DNA from: Okamejei kenojei
Taxonomy: Eukaryota
Reading direction: 5' to 3'
DNA: 64,000 nt
NCBI GenBank assembly: GCA_035221665.1
Contig: CM069163.1
Coordinates: 16,864,001-16,928,000 of the forward strand
This document shows, one piece after another, positions 12,086 through 25,017 of this stretch. Positions within the stretch are counted from its first letter, which is position 1; each line of letters opens with the position of its first letter. The translations under genes and the position numbers were made by a program. The notes beneath the pieces were generated by a model. That model saw nothing but the letters and a program-made list of their open reading frames with translations, had not been told where the DNA came from and searched no databases.

Positions 12086-12539
12086 AACCAGGGTGACGGA
12101 TAAATTCCACAATGTCCCGATCCTTGGTGAGACTTGAACCCATGGTTCTGGATCTTTACCTCAAGGTTTGGAGGAGCACCCCTTTCATTTAACTTCTGGT
12201 CCTATTCCAATAGGTGAAATGGTCAGAGTTATTCTGAGTTAAGAAAGAAGGTATATTCTTGAGATCATTAAAGGTGGTGGCACAAGTAATCCCAAAAAAA
12301 TGGAAATCAAATTATTCTGGAGACGCTGAATGAGAATAAAATGAGGTAATTTTTATATTTGTACATAATTAGAGAAAATAATTATTTTGGTCATTTCTTT
12401 ATAGACAAATTTAGCTAAAAATGTTCAGCATTGATTCTCCAGAGAATGTAAAGAGTGACATGATAGAGGTTTTCAAGGTTTGAAGATGTGTATAGATTGT
12501 TTTCACTGATCAATGAGATGCTAACAAGCAGGTGTTATT

Positions 12540-12830
12540 CAGGAAGGAGTTGCAGGATTTTGACCCAGGAAGACTCAAGGAATGGTAATGTAGGTCCAGA
12601 TCAGATCAGCGAGTGACTCGGAGAGGATCAGGCAGTCTGGAGCTTTTGTGCGGCTGTTGTGGTGCGGTGAACAACAATTAACTTTGTTCTGGATGGCTCT
12701 GAGGTTCTTGAGTGTTGTTGGAGCCACATCCTCGCAGACAAGTGGAGAGTGTACCATTACACCCTGTTGTGCCTTTATGTTGATCAGAGGCTTTGGGGAA
12801 TCCGAAGCCGGTTAGCAGTAAAATATCCAG
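12540..12830 (-). mobile_element. Ancient non-LTR retrotransposon 3' fragment (same family as 52400-52930, 54985-55250)
   Basis: Reverse complement resembles the 54985-55250 segment (ccccaaagcctct..atcaacataaaggcacaa vs ccccaaagtctctccaccatgtacaaggtacaa). Confidence 0.45.
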
Positions 12831-12959
12831 ACCCTCATCTTACAAGTTCAGCACTCTTTTGATAATCAAATTGGGAAATTGTGCATGTCACTCTTCAATT
12901 TAAAAAGGGCGAGAGAGAGGAATTATGAACCAGTTAGTTTAACATCTATGATCAAGCAT

Positions 12960-13637
12960 TTAGACATAGTCGTACTTTATTTGCCAAGTATGTTTTGCAA
13001 CATATGAGGAATTTGACTTGCCATACAGTCATACTAATAAAAAGCAACAGAACACACAACACACATTTTAACGTAAACATCCACCACAGTGATTCCTCCA
13101 CATTCCTCACTGTGATGGAAGGTGAAAAAAAGTTAAATCTCTTCCCTTCTTTGTCCTCCAGCGGTCGGGGGCCTCTAACCTTCCGTTGACGGGATGATCT
13201 TATTCCCGTAGCCGGCGGCGCGCCTCCACATCGGGGCGATCAAGCTCCTGCATCGGGGGGGAATCTCAGCTCCCCCGTGCCGGGCGATCTACCTCGGGTC
13301 GGGGCTTGTCAAACGTCGTGTGGTTTTTTCCCCGACTCGGTCTCTACTGAGACTGCGAGCTCCTATGTTAAAGTCCACAGGGCGCGGTTAGAGCGTCGAT
13401 CCCAGGCAAGGAATCGGCTCCGCTGGTAAATCCACGCAGTCTGGAGCAAGGCCTCCAGCTCCATGATGTTAGGCCGCAGAGCGACCGGAGACACGACCCG
13501 GAAAACAATCGCATCTCCGGCAAGGTAAGAGATTGAAAAATAAGTTTCCCCCGACCACCCCCCCCCCCCCCCCACATAAAACAAAAACGGAGAACCAACA
13601 CAAACTTTTAAAAAATACTAAAAATAACAAAAAATTA
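12960..13637 (-). mobile_element. GC-rich SINE-like element with Rex1-type tail, copy B
   Basis: Minus strand: T-rich leader, poly-G, GGGGGAAAC, 12-bp stem, GCGGCCTAACATCATGGAGC, hairpin at 13080-13119. Tail aaattcctcatatgttgcaaaacatacttggcaaataaagt. Confidence 0.75.
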
Positions 13638-14212
13638 CTGGGATTTACGATTATCCCACTGATTTCACCATTTCACCCTACTTGCCTTGGGAGTTTACTG
13701 TTAAATCACTATTGTACCGCACCCGGCCCCATAACCTCCTCCCTGAGATGCGGTACCGAGTGCAGAACATTGCCTCTCCATTGGACAGTGACTCGAGTGA
13801 GATCTAAACCAGCTCTTTGTACTTCAGCCACCTTGGAATGAAGGCCAGCATTCCACTGGCCTTTTGAATACTTTATACCTGCTGTATTTTTGCCATCTAT
13901 ACTTTGCACATGGATAACCCAAATTTCCGCTTCTTCTCAACATTCCTCAAAGATTCTCTGATTTATTTCTACAATTCATCCTTAATTTTCCCACACTGAA
14001 TTCCATTAGTACTCTTATATGAATTCAATATATCTGCTTCTTGGCATCATGCTCCCTCCCACATTACCAATATCTTATGTACAACATTAGATGTACAACT
14101 CTTCATTCCTTTGCTATATTAATGCAAAAAAATTGAGAAAAAGCTCAATCGCAATTTGCTAATAAGGTTATGCACCATCTTACCTCACTTTATTTATTTA
14201 ATCTCCTAACCT

Positions 14213-14340
14213 TGGGTCTGTTGAACAGTCCCAAACCCGAGCCATTAACTGTTTCTCTCTCCACAGACGCTGCTTGAACTGCTAAGTGTTTCCAGCACCC
14301 ACTGCTTTTGTGTCAGATTTCTAGCATCTACATCTTTTTG
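14213..14340 (+). mobile_element. PLE terminal arm, degenerate
   Basis: ctctccacagacgctgcttgaactgctaagtgtttccagca...gatttctagcatct is the reverse complement of the common arm. Confidence 0.6.
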
Positions 14341-15589
14341 ATTCCCATTCTCTTCCACCTCTCTGTTTTCCACCTCCTGAACTCACCTGTCATCTGTGGG
14401 ATTTTGGCAATGGGCAGCTGGCAATGTGGAAGTGACAACACCTCAGAACTCATTTATTTACCCTGAAAATGCAAGATGCCTCGAATAAATGCAATTTATT
14501 CTTCTTTCTTTGAATTCCCCCTTCCTTCAGGTTTAATTAGATACTTTACTCCAGAGTGTTCTGCCTTCTATTAAACTTCAACAGCTTCCAAATTAATTCA
14601 GCCAAATGACTGCAAAGTGTACTTATTACTTTGTATTTGTTCACGTCCAGTGTGAAGAATGAAACCAGCACGTAGAGCCGCAATATAATCAGTACTTTAT
14701 TTATATCTCTAGGACAGCATGACTGCAATCAAACAAAATAGGTGCTATATTGGGAGAATGGCGACCATTTGGGAGAAGTTAATTTAGTTTTCTTATTAAA
14801 AGGAGTAGTAGATCTTTGCCGTTCATTATAAATTATGAGCAGTTCGTGCCGGAGGTTGTGCCAGTGCTGGCTGGGATCGTCAGAGCTCTGATGAAACATC
14901 AGAACACAGCAAAATCACAATATTAAAACTGTGATCAAAAGTTGCTTTTAAAATACCACTATATACTGGACTGTACAAACCCCAAACATCAGAATTCAGA
15001 CACTATTAACAGAAATAGTTCCAATAATTTGAGTCTTGTGCCTTTGATTTTCCTTCCCAAGGTTGTGGGTGGCCTGTCAGACAATGGTACCTGTTTTGAA
15101 GTGACATCCCTGGGCTCTCACGCTTGGCCAACGATACCGGGGCCATTTCTGAGATCAGGAGATTAATTAGTCATGACATCTTATGGTCTTCTCTCGGTGT
15201 AAATTGGGCATTTTGTCAAGAATGAGAATTCCACTGGATTAGTTCTCCCCGTTTCCCTCTTTGCAGCGGATTGCACCTTTTCCAACCTTGGCATTGAAAT
15301 CTCAGTTTGTCTACCTCTCGGGAATGCTCATCACACATGAAGCTTATGCACCTCTTCCCTTATCCCTTCCAAGGTAGGTGTAGGCGAACAGGACAGGCCA
15401 GGATGTTGGCTGGTGGTCTCTGGTTGACTGACAGGTGCTGTGATAAGGCCCAGGTGCACCACAGCAGGAAGAGGGGGCATTTAGCTGGTTCTTTCCCACA
15501 CCCGGACTCTCCCTACCCTGGAGCTGTTGGTGACTCAGCCTGCAGCCTAGCCCACAGTCCTCAATAATAAACAGGTATTTTGTAACGTG

Positions 15590-15897
15590 GTATTGAGGAC
15601 CGATGTGTTGCTGCTTCCAAGAGGACATAGCTTTAGGGTAAGAGGGGAGAGATTGAAGTGGGATCTCAGAGTCACCTTTTTCACTCATGTGGAATCATAT
15701 CTGGAATTAGCTGCCAGAGGAATCGAGAAGAGTGGATACCATTTCGATGTTTTTTTAAAAGACATACACGAGGAAGAAAAGCTTTAAGGGATAATGCCCA
15801 AATGAAGGCAAATGGGACTATCCCAGTAAGCTAACTTGGTGGCATGGACAAGGTGGGCTGAAGGGCCTATTTGACACAGTTCTGTGACTTATGACTA
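15590..15897 (+). mobile_element. CR1/HER1 LINE 3' end
   Basis: RGHSFRVRGERLK motif; tail ggtgggctgaagggcctattt...tgacttatgac. Confidence 0.8.
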
Positions 15898-16898
15898 GGT
15901 GAGCCTTCTGAGCTTGAGTAAACAACTTCATGCCTACCCTTTATTAATGGTGATGGGGGGAGGGGAGGGGGACAGAGGCTTTGAATTGATTTGGTCTCTG
16001 TGTGCAGCCTTGCTATTCTCAACAGCAACAGAGACACAGGTAGCCCTTGCCCATCGTGTTTCCCCAGCTTCAACACTTTACTAATGGATGAGACAGCAGG
16101 AGACGAGCCCTTCACTCGGGGAAAGGGGAGGGTAAATGTGGACACCCCTGTGCAAACGAATCGAGAGCAACACAGCTCTGTGACACATAAACCAAAACCA
16201 ATACATGGTGGCCACGGGTGTTAGAAAGACTTTGCTGCAGCCATTATCCACTTCCACCTCATGCTTACAGCTTTACAGAGATAAGTTCATTCGGAGGTGA
16301 CCATGACATCAACACCTCTACCTCAATGACAAACTTCTTCAGTTAGTGAATGTGCCCTCAATTTAATTCAACGCCCTTAGAACATCAGCTGGAGCAATTA
16401 TTCTACATGAGTGAAATGACTGACAGGCAAATGTAAAAGCTTCAGATGACCAGCGATTATAATTTGATTTCTTTGATATTGACCTTCAAATAAGGGGACA
16501 GCTCTTGTTTTCGATCTGTAGACCACTTTCAGAGGACTGCAGCTACTGTATACTCTGAGCAATTGTCTGCGTGCATGATGCTCATCAAAGGTACCTAAAG
16601 GTTGCATCACAGTTGGCTGGTGATGGTGATGAAGAACCGGTCAGAAACCAGAGCTGAAATCAAAGATCAAAGCACTGTGTTTTTATTAATTGGTATAGCA
16701 GACTAAAAGGGCTAAATGGCCTACTCCTACTCATTGCTGATACTCTTCCTACGTTCTTACCCCTGTGAAATGAGAACAGGAGAGAGACATTCCACTCCTG
16801 TGCCAACTCTGTTATTCAGTAAGGTTATGGTTGATGTGACCTTTGTTGTTCATTGCCCTTGCAATCCTTGTAGTCAAGTCATTGTAGCTTTGAATATA

Positions 16899-17212
16899 CT
16901 TTAGCTTTTAGATATACAGCGCGGAAACAGTCCCTTCGGTCCACCGAGTCCACACCGACCAGTGATCCCCGCACATTAACATTATTCCACACACACTCGG
17001 GACAATTTATATTTATACCTAGCCAATTAACCTACAAACCTGTACGTCTTTGGAGTGTGGGAGGAAACCGACGATCTCGGTGAAAACCCACGCGGTCACG
17101 TGGAGAATTACGAACTCTGTACATTCAGCACCTGTAGTCGGGATCGAACCCTGGTCACCGCCGCTACACGTGCTGGATGGTAGCAACTCTACCGCTGCCA
17201 CCGTGCCGCCCC
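16899..17212 (-). mobile_element. HE1-type tRNA-derived V-SINE, near full length
   Basis: Minus strand begins GGGGCGGCACGGTGGCAGCGGTAGAG (A box) and has GGTTCGATCCC (B box). V-domain gtgaccgcgtgggtttt...ggtttcctcccacactccaaagac; CR1-like tail gaagggactgtttccgcgctgtat. Confidence 0.9.
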
Positions 17213-17809
17213 TGAATAATGTAGCAAACATAACAACTGAAGGAGAGAATTCCAAAGACACGCAACCCTCAACAAAAAGGAATTTCTCTTTGGCAGTAAT
17301 GTGGTTAGGCTCTTATCCTGAGTCAGTGATGTCTAGTTTTAAATACCCCAAGCTCAGAAACAGCTTCACAACACCTTGACTTGTTGAGTTCACACTGAAT
17401 CTTGTATGTTTTTATGAAATCACAATTTTCCTTCTAAATCTCAGAGCACAGGCCATTTCTACTCGATCTTTCATCACAAAATAGTCCTCATTCCAGAAAC
17501 CAAACCAATCAGCTTTCTTGAAGCAAATATACCAATCCTTCACTCTGGAAACATTTCACGTACACACGATCGTATTGAATGGTGGTGCTGGCTCAAGGGG
17601 CCGAATGGCCTACTCCTGCACCTATTATCTATTGCATTGTTTCAGGTTTCATCAAAGCCCAGATGGTTCCAACAGACCTCCTTACTCTGTGCCCTCGCCT
17701 GCCCCTTGAAATAATAACCCACTTTAAACTATTAAGTCATAATTATGTTGTCGCATCTTTAAGCCAGGAAATTCCTATAATACACATTTAGACCAAATCC
17801 AGCTGGTCC

Positions 17810-18080
17810 ATAGTCATACAGCATTTAAACAGGCCCTTCAGCCCAACTTTTCCATGCTTAGATTACCCATCTAAGCTTGTCCTATTTGCCTGCATTGGTT
17901 CATATTTGTCTAAACCTTTCCTATCCATGTACCTGTGCAAATGTCTATTAAATTGTGTTATTGTACCTGTCTCCACTACTTCCTTTGGCAGCTATTTCAA
18001 TATACCCACCAGCCTCTGTGTGTAAAAGCTGCCCCTCGGGTTCTTAATAAATCTTTCCCCTCTCACCTTAAACCTATATC
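17810..18080 (-). mobile_element. CR1/HER1 LINE 3' end
   Basis: Same 3' sequence as 5810-6070 (catagtcatacagca...aacaggcccttcagcccaac). Confidence 0.8.
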
Positions 18081-18889
18081 CTATGGAATTGGCAGAGTGA
18101 ACAGAATTCACTTTCATTGAAGGGAGGCTGAAGCTGCTGTCACAGTCACCAAGATCAGAGGAAACTCAAACCACAAACAGCGTAGGAGGATGTAGGCCTT
18201 ATGGTGTTCATTTGTTCTGTCTTCTCTGGTTTACATCATTTTATTTTGTGATGTTTCAACATATTGGTAGGAATTGTGGAATAAAATGCTGAGCTTTAGA
18301 ACGAGTGAGAATAGCTTGCAACAAAAGGAAGAAATAAAATGTGCTGTTCATATTAGGCCTCTCACAGCCTCAAAATGTTTTCACTTTACTTTCAGGAGGC
18401 TGCTTTTACTGTGTGTTCCCAGTGTTCGGCCATCACACTGTTTCTGAGTGTAATCACCAGTATATACAGTATTAATGATCTGAGGCTGGATATTGGGAGC
18501 TTGAAAGGGAATATGGAATGTACAAACTTAGTAAACACTGAGAAAGACAATACCAGACCTCAGGATGGCAAACTGGCAGAATAATGCAGACAACTATGAA
18601 GGATTTGAGCGGCAGACGTGAAGAGGCAATGTGCTTAAAAAATAAATATTATACATTTCTAGGTGCCACAAGAATATATAAACCTGGCAGCACACATGAA
18701 AGTAACCTTGAAGAAGGTGGGAAATATTAAGCAAGCTGCTGAGAGCACACAGGCGTGCTGGCATCATAAAGAGAAGCAAGAATGCAAATGGAGGACGTTT
18801 TCACCGGTTGGGGGCTCAGATGGAATATTATGCTCCATTTTGGCTAACACACCTTAAGAAAGGTCAAAGCCTTAGAGAATGGGCCTTTA

Positions 18890-19018
18890 GAGAAGGGTCT
18901 CGACACGAAACGTCGCCAATTCCTTCTCTCCAGCTGCCTCACCCGCGGAGGCAGCATCTATGGAGAGATTTTTGGTCAGCATTTCCAGCATTTTCGCCCA
19001 GCATTTTTTGTCTACCTT
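18890..19018 (+). mobile_element. PLE arm with internal inversion
   Basis: agaagggtctcgacacgaaacgtcgcc is a hammerhead-like stem II plus GAAAC GTC. Internal gaggcagcatctatggagag is an inverted arm piece. Confidence 0.7.
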
Positions 19019-19039
19019 TCTGAGAATGGCCCAGGTGTG

Positions 19040-20160
19040 TGCTATTGAGTAACATCAGTGGTTGGCAAGTTGCTGGAGAAGATTCAGAGGAACAGGATTT
19101 ATGTTCACTTAGAAAGGCGGGGTCATATTAGGAGCAGTAAGTTCAGTTTTGTGCAGAGGTGATCAATCTGATTGAGTTTTTGGGGAGTTATCCAAAGAGA
19201 TTGATGAAAACAGGACAGTAGCTATTCCAGAAGCTTAAGGCACAGTGTTCAGAGGCGTGTTGATCAGGTGAAGTCGAGTTTATTGTCACACGCACAAGTA
19301 CAGTAAGGTACAGTACAATGAAATTCATGCTTGCAGCAAGATCCTCGCATAGTGACTCCAACAACACAGTGACTGTATCCAATTTCAGATGGGAAATGTT
19401 TAATAAGTGGTGCTCGCAGGAATCCATGCAGAAAACTTTGCTGTTTGTAATCTTTGTATAAATGACTTAAATAAAAATCTATGGAGGTATGTAGACAAAA
19501 AAACAGGCGGAGTCGCAGATAATGAAGAAAGTTGTTTAACGTTGTTTTGTGAGGCATTGATCAGGTGGAGAGTTGGGCAGAGCAGTGGCAGATGGACTTT
19601 AGATAAGTACATCTAGAACAAATGACATGGACCTTAGGAGCATTGATGTACAGAGAGTCCTTGGGGTGCAAGTCCACAGCTCTCTGGAAGTGATGATACC
19701 GGTTTGTAGGGTTGTCAAAATTGTCTATGCTCGCTTATCCTCGTGGGCCGAGACATTGAGTATAAGACTTGGAACGTCATGTTAAACATGTACAAAACAT
19801 TGGTTAGATTGCACTTAGAGTATCCTGTACTGTTCCAGTAGCTGCATTGCAGGAAGGATGTTGTACCAATAGTGAGGGTGCAGAAGAGATTCACCATGAT
19901 GTTGCTAGAAAGGAGGGCTAAAGTTTTAAAAATGATTAGACAGGCTGGTTTTATTCTCACAGGAATGTATGAGGCTGAAGGATAATCTTATGCAGGATTA
20001 TAAAATTATGTGGGGCACGGATATGTTAGAGAGTCAGAGTCTTTTTCCCAGGATAGTGAACTCCAGAACTAGAGAGCATAGGTTTAAAATGAGGAGAGAG
20101 AAATTTGAAGAGTAACGAGGGGTAAGCTTTTCACTCAGAACATGGTGAATATTTGGAATT
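19040..20160 (+). mobile_element. Old CR1 LINE (RT to 3' region) with nested Rex1 tail at ~19265-19335
   Basis: Decayed RT motifs (..LCINDL..; atgtacaaaacattggttagattgcacttagagtat = MYKTLVRLHLEY; agaactagagagcataggtttaaa = RTREHRFK). Confidence 0.75.
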
Positions 20161-20382
20161 ATCAGCCAGAGCTGAGAGCTTCAAGTTCCGTGATGTTCAT
20201 ATTGCCAATAATCTGTTGTGGACCAACCACATTAATGCGATGGTCAGGAAAGCACACCAACACCTCTCCTTCCTCAGGAGTCAGAAGAAATTTGGCATAT
20301 CTCCAATGACTCGTACAAACTTCTACAGATGCACCATAGAAAACATACTGTTGAGTTGCATCACAGCTTGGTTTGGGAACAG
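20160..20382 (+). mobile_element. Rex1/Babar LINE fragment
   Basis: ESFKFRDVHIANNLLWTNHINAMVRKAHQHLSFLR..KKFG..TNFYRCTIENILLSCITAWFGN. Confidence 0.88.
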
Positions 20383-20384
20383 CG

Positions 20385-20590
20385 AACAGCAATCCCCACA
20401 CATTAACACTATCTTACGCACTCGGGACAATTTACATTTATACCAAGCGAATGAACCTACAGACCTGTAGGTGTTTGGAGTGTGGGAGGGGAGAACGTAT
20501 ACTCCGAAAAGACAGCACCTGTGCTCAGGGTTGAACCCGGGACCTGGGGCTCTGGCACTGTAAGGCAGCAACTCTACCGCTGCACCACCT
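20385..20590 (-). mobile_element. HE1-type SINE, partial
   Basis: Colinear with 16960-17205; A box (gcagcggtagagttgctgcc) and B box (gggttcaaccc) on the minus strand. Confidence 0.85.
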
Positions 20591-22299
20591 GTGGAAGAGG
20601 GGTTCTGTGGAAGAGTCATCAAATACACAATCAGAGAAGAGGCCTTCCTCTGTACTCAACATTTGATGATTCTATGGTTCATTGTTCGAGGCAATGTGTG
20701 ATGCAAGGTTATTCTCTTTCCTTGGAAATTGAAAATTCAAGACATGTCTATCCATGGTTTGTAGAGGCTGAGGTAACCGGAATTTCTGGGACAACAACAA
20801 GCATGAGCACGCCTGATCTTAACCACTGTAGCTCACTCCTCCCCAACCGTTACACGTGTTATTTCTGCTGGTTATAGGAATTGATATTTCCTTTCTTCTT
20901 TTCTTTGCTGCCATGTCTTGCTCGTGTGTGAGAAATGCCTGGATTCTGTGTATCATCTACCCAGGTCATATTTTCAGTTGAAAGTTGATGTTATGTAGGA
21001 AAGAAACTGGGGTTGTGTACAAGTGATCCCACGGGTGATTAGCTCCACAATAAGAACGCTCTCACCTGCAAAAGCGACAGTGCTGAAGCAAGTAAAAGGT
21101 TGAGGACGCAGAGGGAGAATATATTTATCAAGAATTTACTTCCTTTAAATGCTGGCCTTGCTGTATTTATGGATGCAGCCTGGATGTGTTGTCTTTCTCT
21201 GAGGATTAATAATGTAAATCACATTGATCTGGCTTCTGTCAGGTCCTTACTGATTTCCCATCGTCTCACAGATATTGCACCTGTTAATCCATGGAGTCCC
21301 TTTCTGGAGCCAGAAAAGCAGAGGTCATTTTTAACAATATGGTAATCAGCAGCTAATCGATTGCTGCTTAATCAGCTGATCAATAGGACCTGCTGGCATT
21401 TGTGGCACAAATCCCAAACCCCACCAGGGAGGAACAAGCCGAGAAAAGCTCAGCAAATTAATACCGAGCACGCTGCCCACATCTATCTACTCCTGACATA
21501 TTTACTGTATAAATGAATAGTTAAATATCAGGTGCTGAGTAAAAGCAAAGTCTCACAAGGGTGATTTACTTCCCTTGGTTCTAAAGGTGTGTGCTTGGAA
21601 TGAGTAAACATGCATGCTCTGTGCTTAACGCAGTACTCAAACCCACCCCATCATGGGAGCAAAGTGAATTGTGATGGAATATTTTACGTTAGGTTGTCGG
21701 CTTCCTTTAAGATTTCTGTGAACTACTCTGAATAAGTTAATTGTTTTGGAATATATTTGGTTCCTGCAGAAATGACAGAAGCCTCACTGGAGAAATTATT
21801 CTCCATTCTGGACTTTCATTTCCGTGTTTATGCCTTGAATGTTTCTCTGGACATTTTGTGAAACATTAGTTGTTCTACCCGAATTGCTACAAATTTCCTG
21901 ATTTAACAGTTCTGATCAATGGCAACCGTAAATCCAGTTCCCTTTGGAATCCATATGATTATCAGTTGGAGAAATTGTAACCCTGATTGGCCTTTTATTA
22001 AAAAAAAAACTGGCCACATCTCCTTAAAGCTAGCTCGACTGATCAAAAAGGTTTTTCTTTGTGAGCTGGCACTTATATTCTATTTGTTTTTGGGATCTGG
22101 GCATGATTGGCAAGGCTGTTGGGAAGCAAATCCCAGCGATGATAGAGGTCTATGATACATTTCCAAGTCAATGTGCAACTTGGAGAAATCCCACAATTAG
22201 TGGTGTCCCATGTGCCTGCTCCCCTTGTAATAGTTGTATAAAAATGGGACTGCACCTGAATTATTAGCTGCATTTCCAGTAATCAGGTAACAGGAAACA

Positions 22300-22770
22300 T
22301 AAGTTCATAAATCATTGGAGCAGAATTAGGCCATTTGTCTTATTGAGTCTACTCTGCTGATCATGGCTGATCAATCCTTCCCTCTGAGCCCCATTCTCCT
22401 GCCTTCTTCGCATAACCTTTGACACCCTTACTAATTAAGAACCTGTCAATCTCTGCTTTACAAATGCCCAGTGACCATACAGCTTGGAAACAGACCCTTT
22501 GGCCCAACTTAACATGCCAATTAAGATGCTGTATCTAAGCTAGTCCCATTTACTCGCATTTGGCCCATATTCATCTAATTATTTCCTATCCATGTACATG
22601 TCCAAGTATTTTTTTAAACATATAGTATCTGCCTCAACTACCTCCTCTGGCAGCTCATTTAATGTACCCTCTCACCTTAAACATATATGTCCTCTTGTTT
22701 AATTCCCCTTCCCTGAGTAAAAGACTCTGTGTATTCATCCCCTACCTATTCCCCTCATTATTTTAATCAG
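22300..22770 (-). mobile_element. Two adjacent CR1 3' ends of different subfamilies
   Basis: 22300-22472 resembles 59190-59345; 22476-22770 resembles 5815-6150. Confidence 0.75.
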
Positions 22771-24374
22771 AATCATGAGGGGATTCGTGGAGAGGATGTC
22801 CATCCAGAGTGGGAAGGTTTAGTACTCGCTGTACAAGTGATGATGGACACATGTTCTCTCATCATATTTCAGAATGTGAACTTGAAGAGTTACCGGCAGC
22901 ATTGGTAGAAACTGAGTGCTGGAAGGCAGGATTGAGCTTGTATAGTCACAAACTCAATGTGCCAAATGGCCTCCTTCTGTCCTGCATATTGACTATAACG
23001 CGATGATACTCAACAGCTGGAAAACTACCTGGTCCTGAGCCTAATAGTTGTTCCTGGACAGCTCTCTAGAGTGGGCCGCCCAAACTCTGCAGGGTCCCAT
23101 TCCTTTCATGCTAACCGGAGTGGGTAGATATTGCCCTGACCTCTCCTTTCTATCACCGCAGGACAAAGCTGCTGGATATTATGTGGCGGGTGAGTTCCTT
23201 ACACTTGTGCGGGTGTGTAGAATCCATATCCACATCTGATCGATGTTCCTCGACAGTTATCCTGCTAAAGCGGATGCTCTGAGATTGGGGCGCTGAGGCT
23301 GCAGCTGAATGGCCATTTGCTCACCTCTGAAGGGATCCTTCCCTTCTCTACAACTCCAGTGCCCAGTCAGTCAGCATCTCCACCAGCACTGTGTAAGCTT
23401 CTCTTCAACCGATGAGCATGTGAGCTCTATTTCAAACAGAAACACACTTTATTTTACAGAAAACTAAAATAAAAAAACATTACATTTGGGAACTAGGCAC
23501 AGCAGACTAATTGAGTTCTCTTGAACAATGTAACCAGACTTGAATCAGTGACTTCACTACCAGTCTCGCAGTGTTGTCTTAGTGATGACACTAGCCTCAT
23601 TGCATTTTGTCCATCATAAAAAAGATCTGTTATTGAATGGAAACCAACACATAGTCACAACAGGCACAATTACAGCCTATTGCTCTTCCTCTACACTTCC
23701 AGGTCGATGATCAGTGGCTGGCAATTGATTCCTGGGACCTGAGCCCATTCCTTTAGTGATTCCATGTGAAGAGCAGAGAATTACTGGGGATCCACTGTTT
23801 CAGAACAGGCTGCAATCACTTATAAAGATTTCCTTTATAAGTGGTTCACCGGCATGAATCATCCAATTCCTTCAATGTGTGATGAACTTCAACCTTTGCT
23901 CAAGGCCAGAATGTAGTGCTGCAATAAAATTTGATTTGCCAGACAAATATATTTTGATGTGTATTGTTTAACCTTGGAGGCACTACAAGCCCTAATCCTA
24001 GAGACAGTCTCGGACTCAATGAATACAAACCTCTCTGTCACCGTGTGTTAAACGAGTAAAATATTACCTCGTTACACCACACATTGTATTCCATTGAATA
24101 TGATGTTCCTCTATACAGCTGGTTCATATCAAACATTAAAGAAAAGATGAGAACATTGACTTGAACTGAGGTCATTGAAACAGAATATGTTGGAAACACA
24201 AGGCCTGTCAGACGGTGTCAGTGGAATGAGAAACCGCATTAAGGTTTTGGGTGAAAGATCTTTCATAAGATCCTTCAACTGGGATAGAGAAAACTGGTTC
24301 AGTTTTAAGTTGCAGAGAAGGTAGGGAAGAGATGAGGAGGACAGAAGGAAAGGCTGAGGACAAAAGTGGCCTCC

Positions 24375-24755
24375 AGATAAACTGCAAGAGATTACCCAGA
24401 CAATGGGTTTGAAAATTATCAATGATCCACATCATCCTGACAATGCACTCATTTCACTCCTGCCATTGGGACGAAAGTACAAGAGTCTGAAAAACCATGA
24501 CCACCAGGTTCAAAAAAAGCTACTTCCCAACAACTATCAGACTTTGGAACACTGCACAACACTAACCTCAACAGTGACCGTGGGCTGGTTTTGGTTGCAC
24601 TAATGACATAGGGGTTGCTTTGCACTAGTATTGGCATTATTAATTTAAAGAATTGTTGTTTATTATATATTATTTGTGTATGTTGTGATTTCAGGCCTCT
24701 TATGCTGCTGCGTGTAAGAATTTCATTGTTGTGTTGTTGCATATGACAATTACGC
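24375..24755 (+). mobile_element. Rex1/Babar LINE 3' end
   Basis: IINDPHHPDNALISLLPLGRKYKSL; tail gtaagaatttcattgtt...atatgacaat. Confidence 0.8.
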
Positions 24756-25017
24756 ACTCTTAATATTAGAACAAAAGCTGTGAAATTTGGACAATGAGGG
24801 AGTGAGAACAAACAAAGTAATGATAAGAGTGTAGGTCCTGGCCAGCAGCTCAAGCTGTAGTAATGTGAACCTTCCTGCATGACGTAAACTGGTGAACCGG
24901 TTCCCCCCACCTTCCCTGGGCACCTGGCAGAACACAGACTCAGCTCTGTGCGCTAAGGCTCAAGTAACTGTGTGCATCTTCTGTTCAAAATCATCCGTAT
25001 GTGATACAGCAGCAGCT

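Noticed and set aside
17135-17212. tRNA gene (A and B boxes)
   Set aside because: It is the tRNA-derived head of an HE1-type SINE, followed by a V-domain and LINE tail; no complete cloverleaf.
23325-23427. Minus-strand exon-like segment (AG...GTGAGC)
   Set aside because: Stops in all three frames and no other support.
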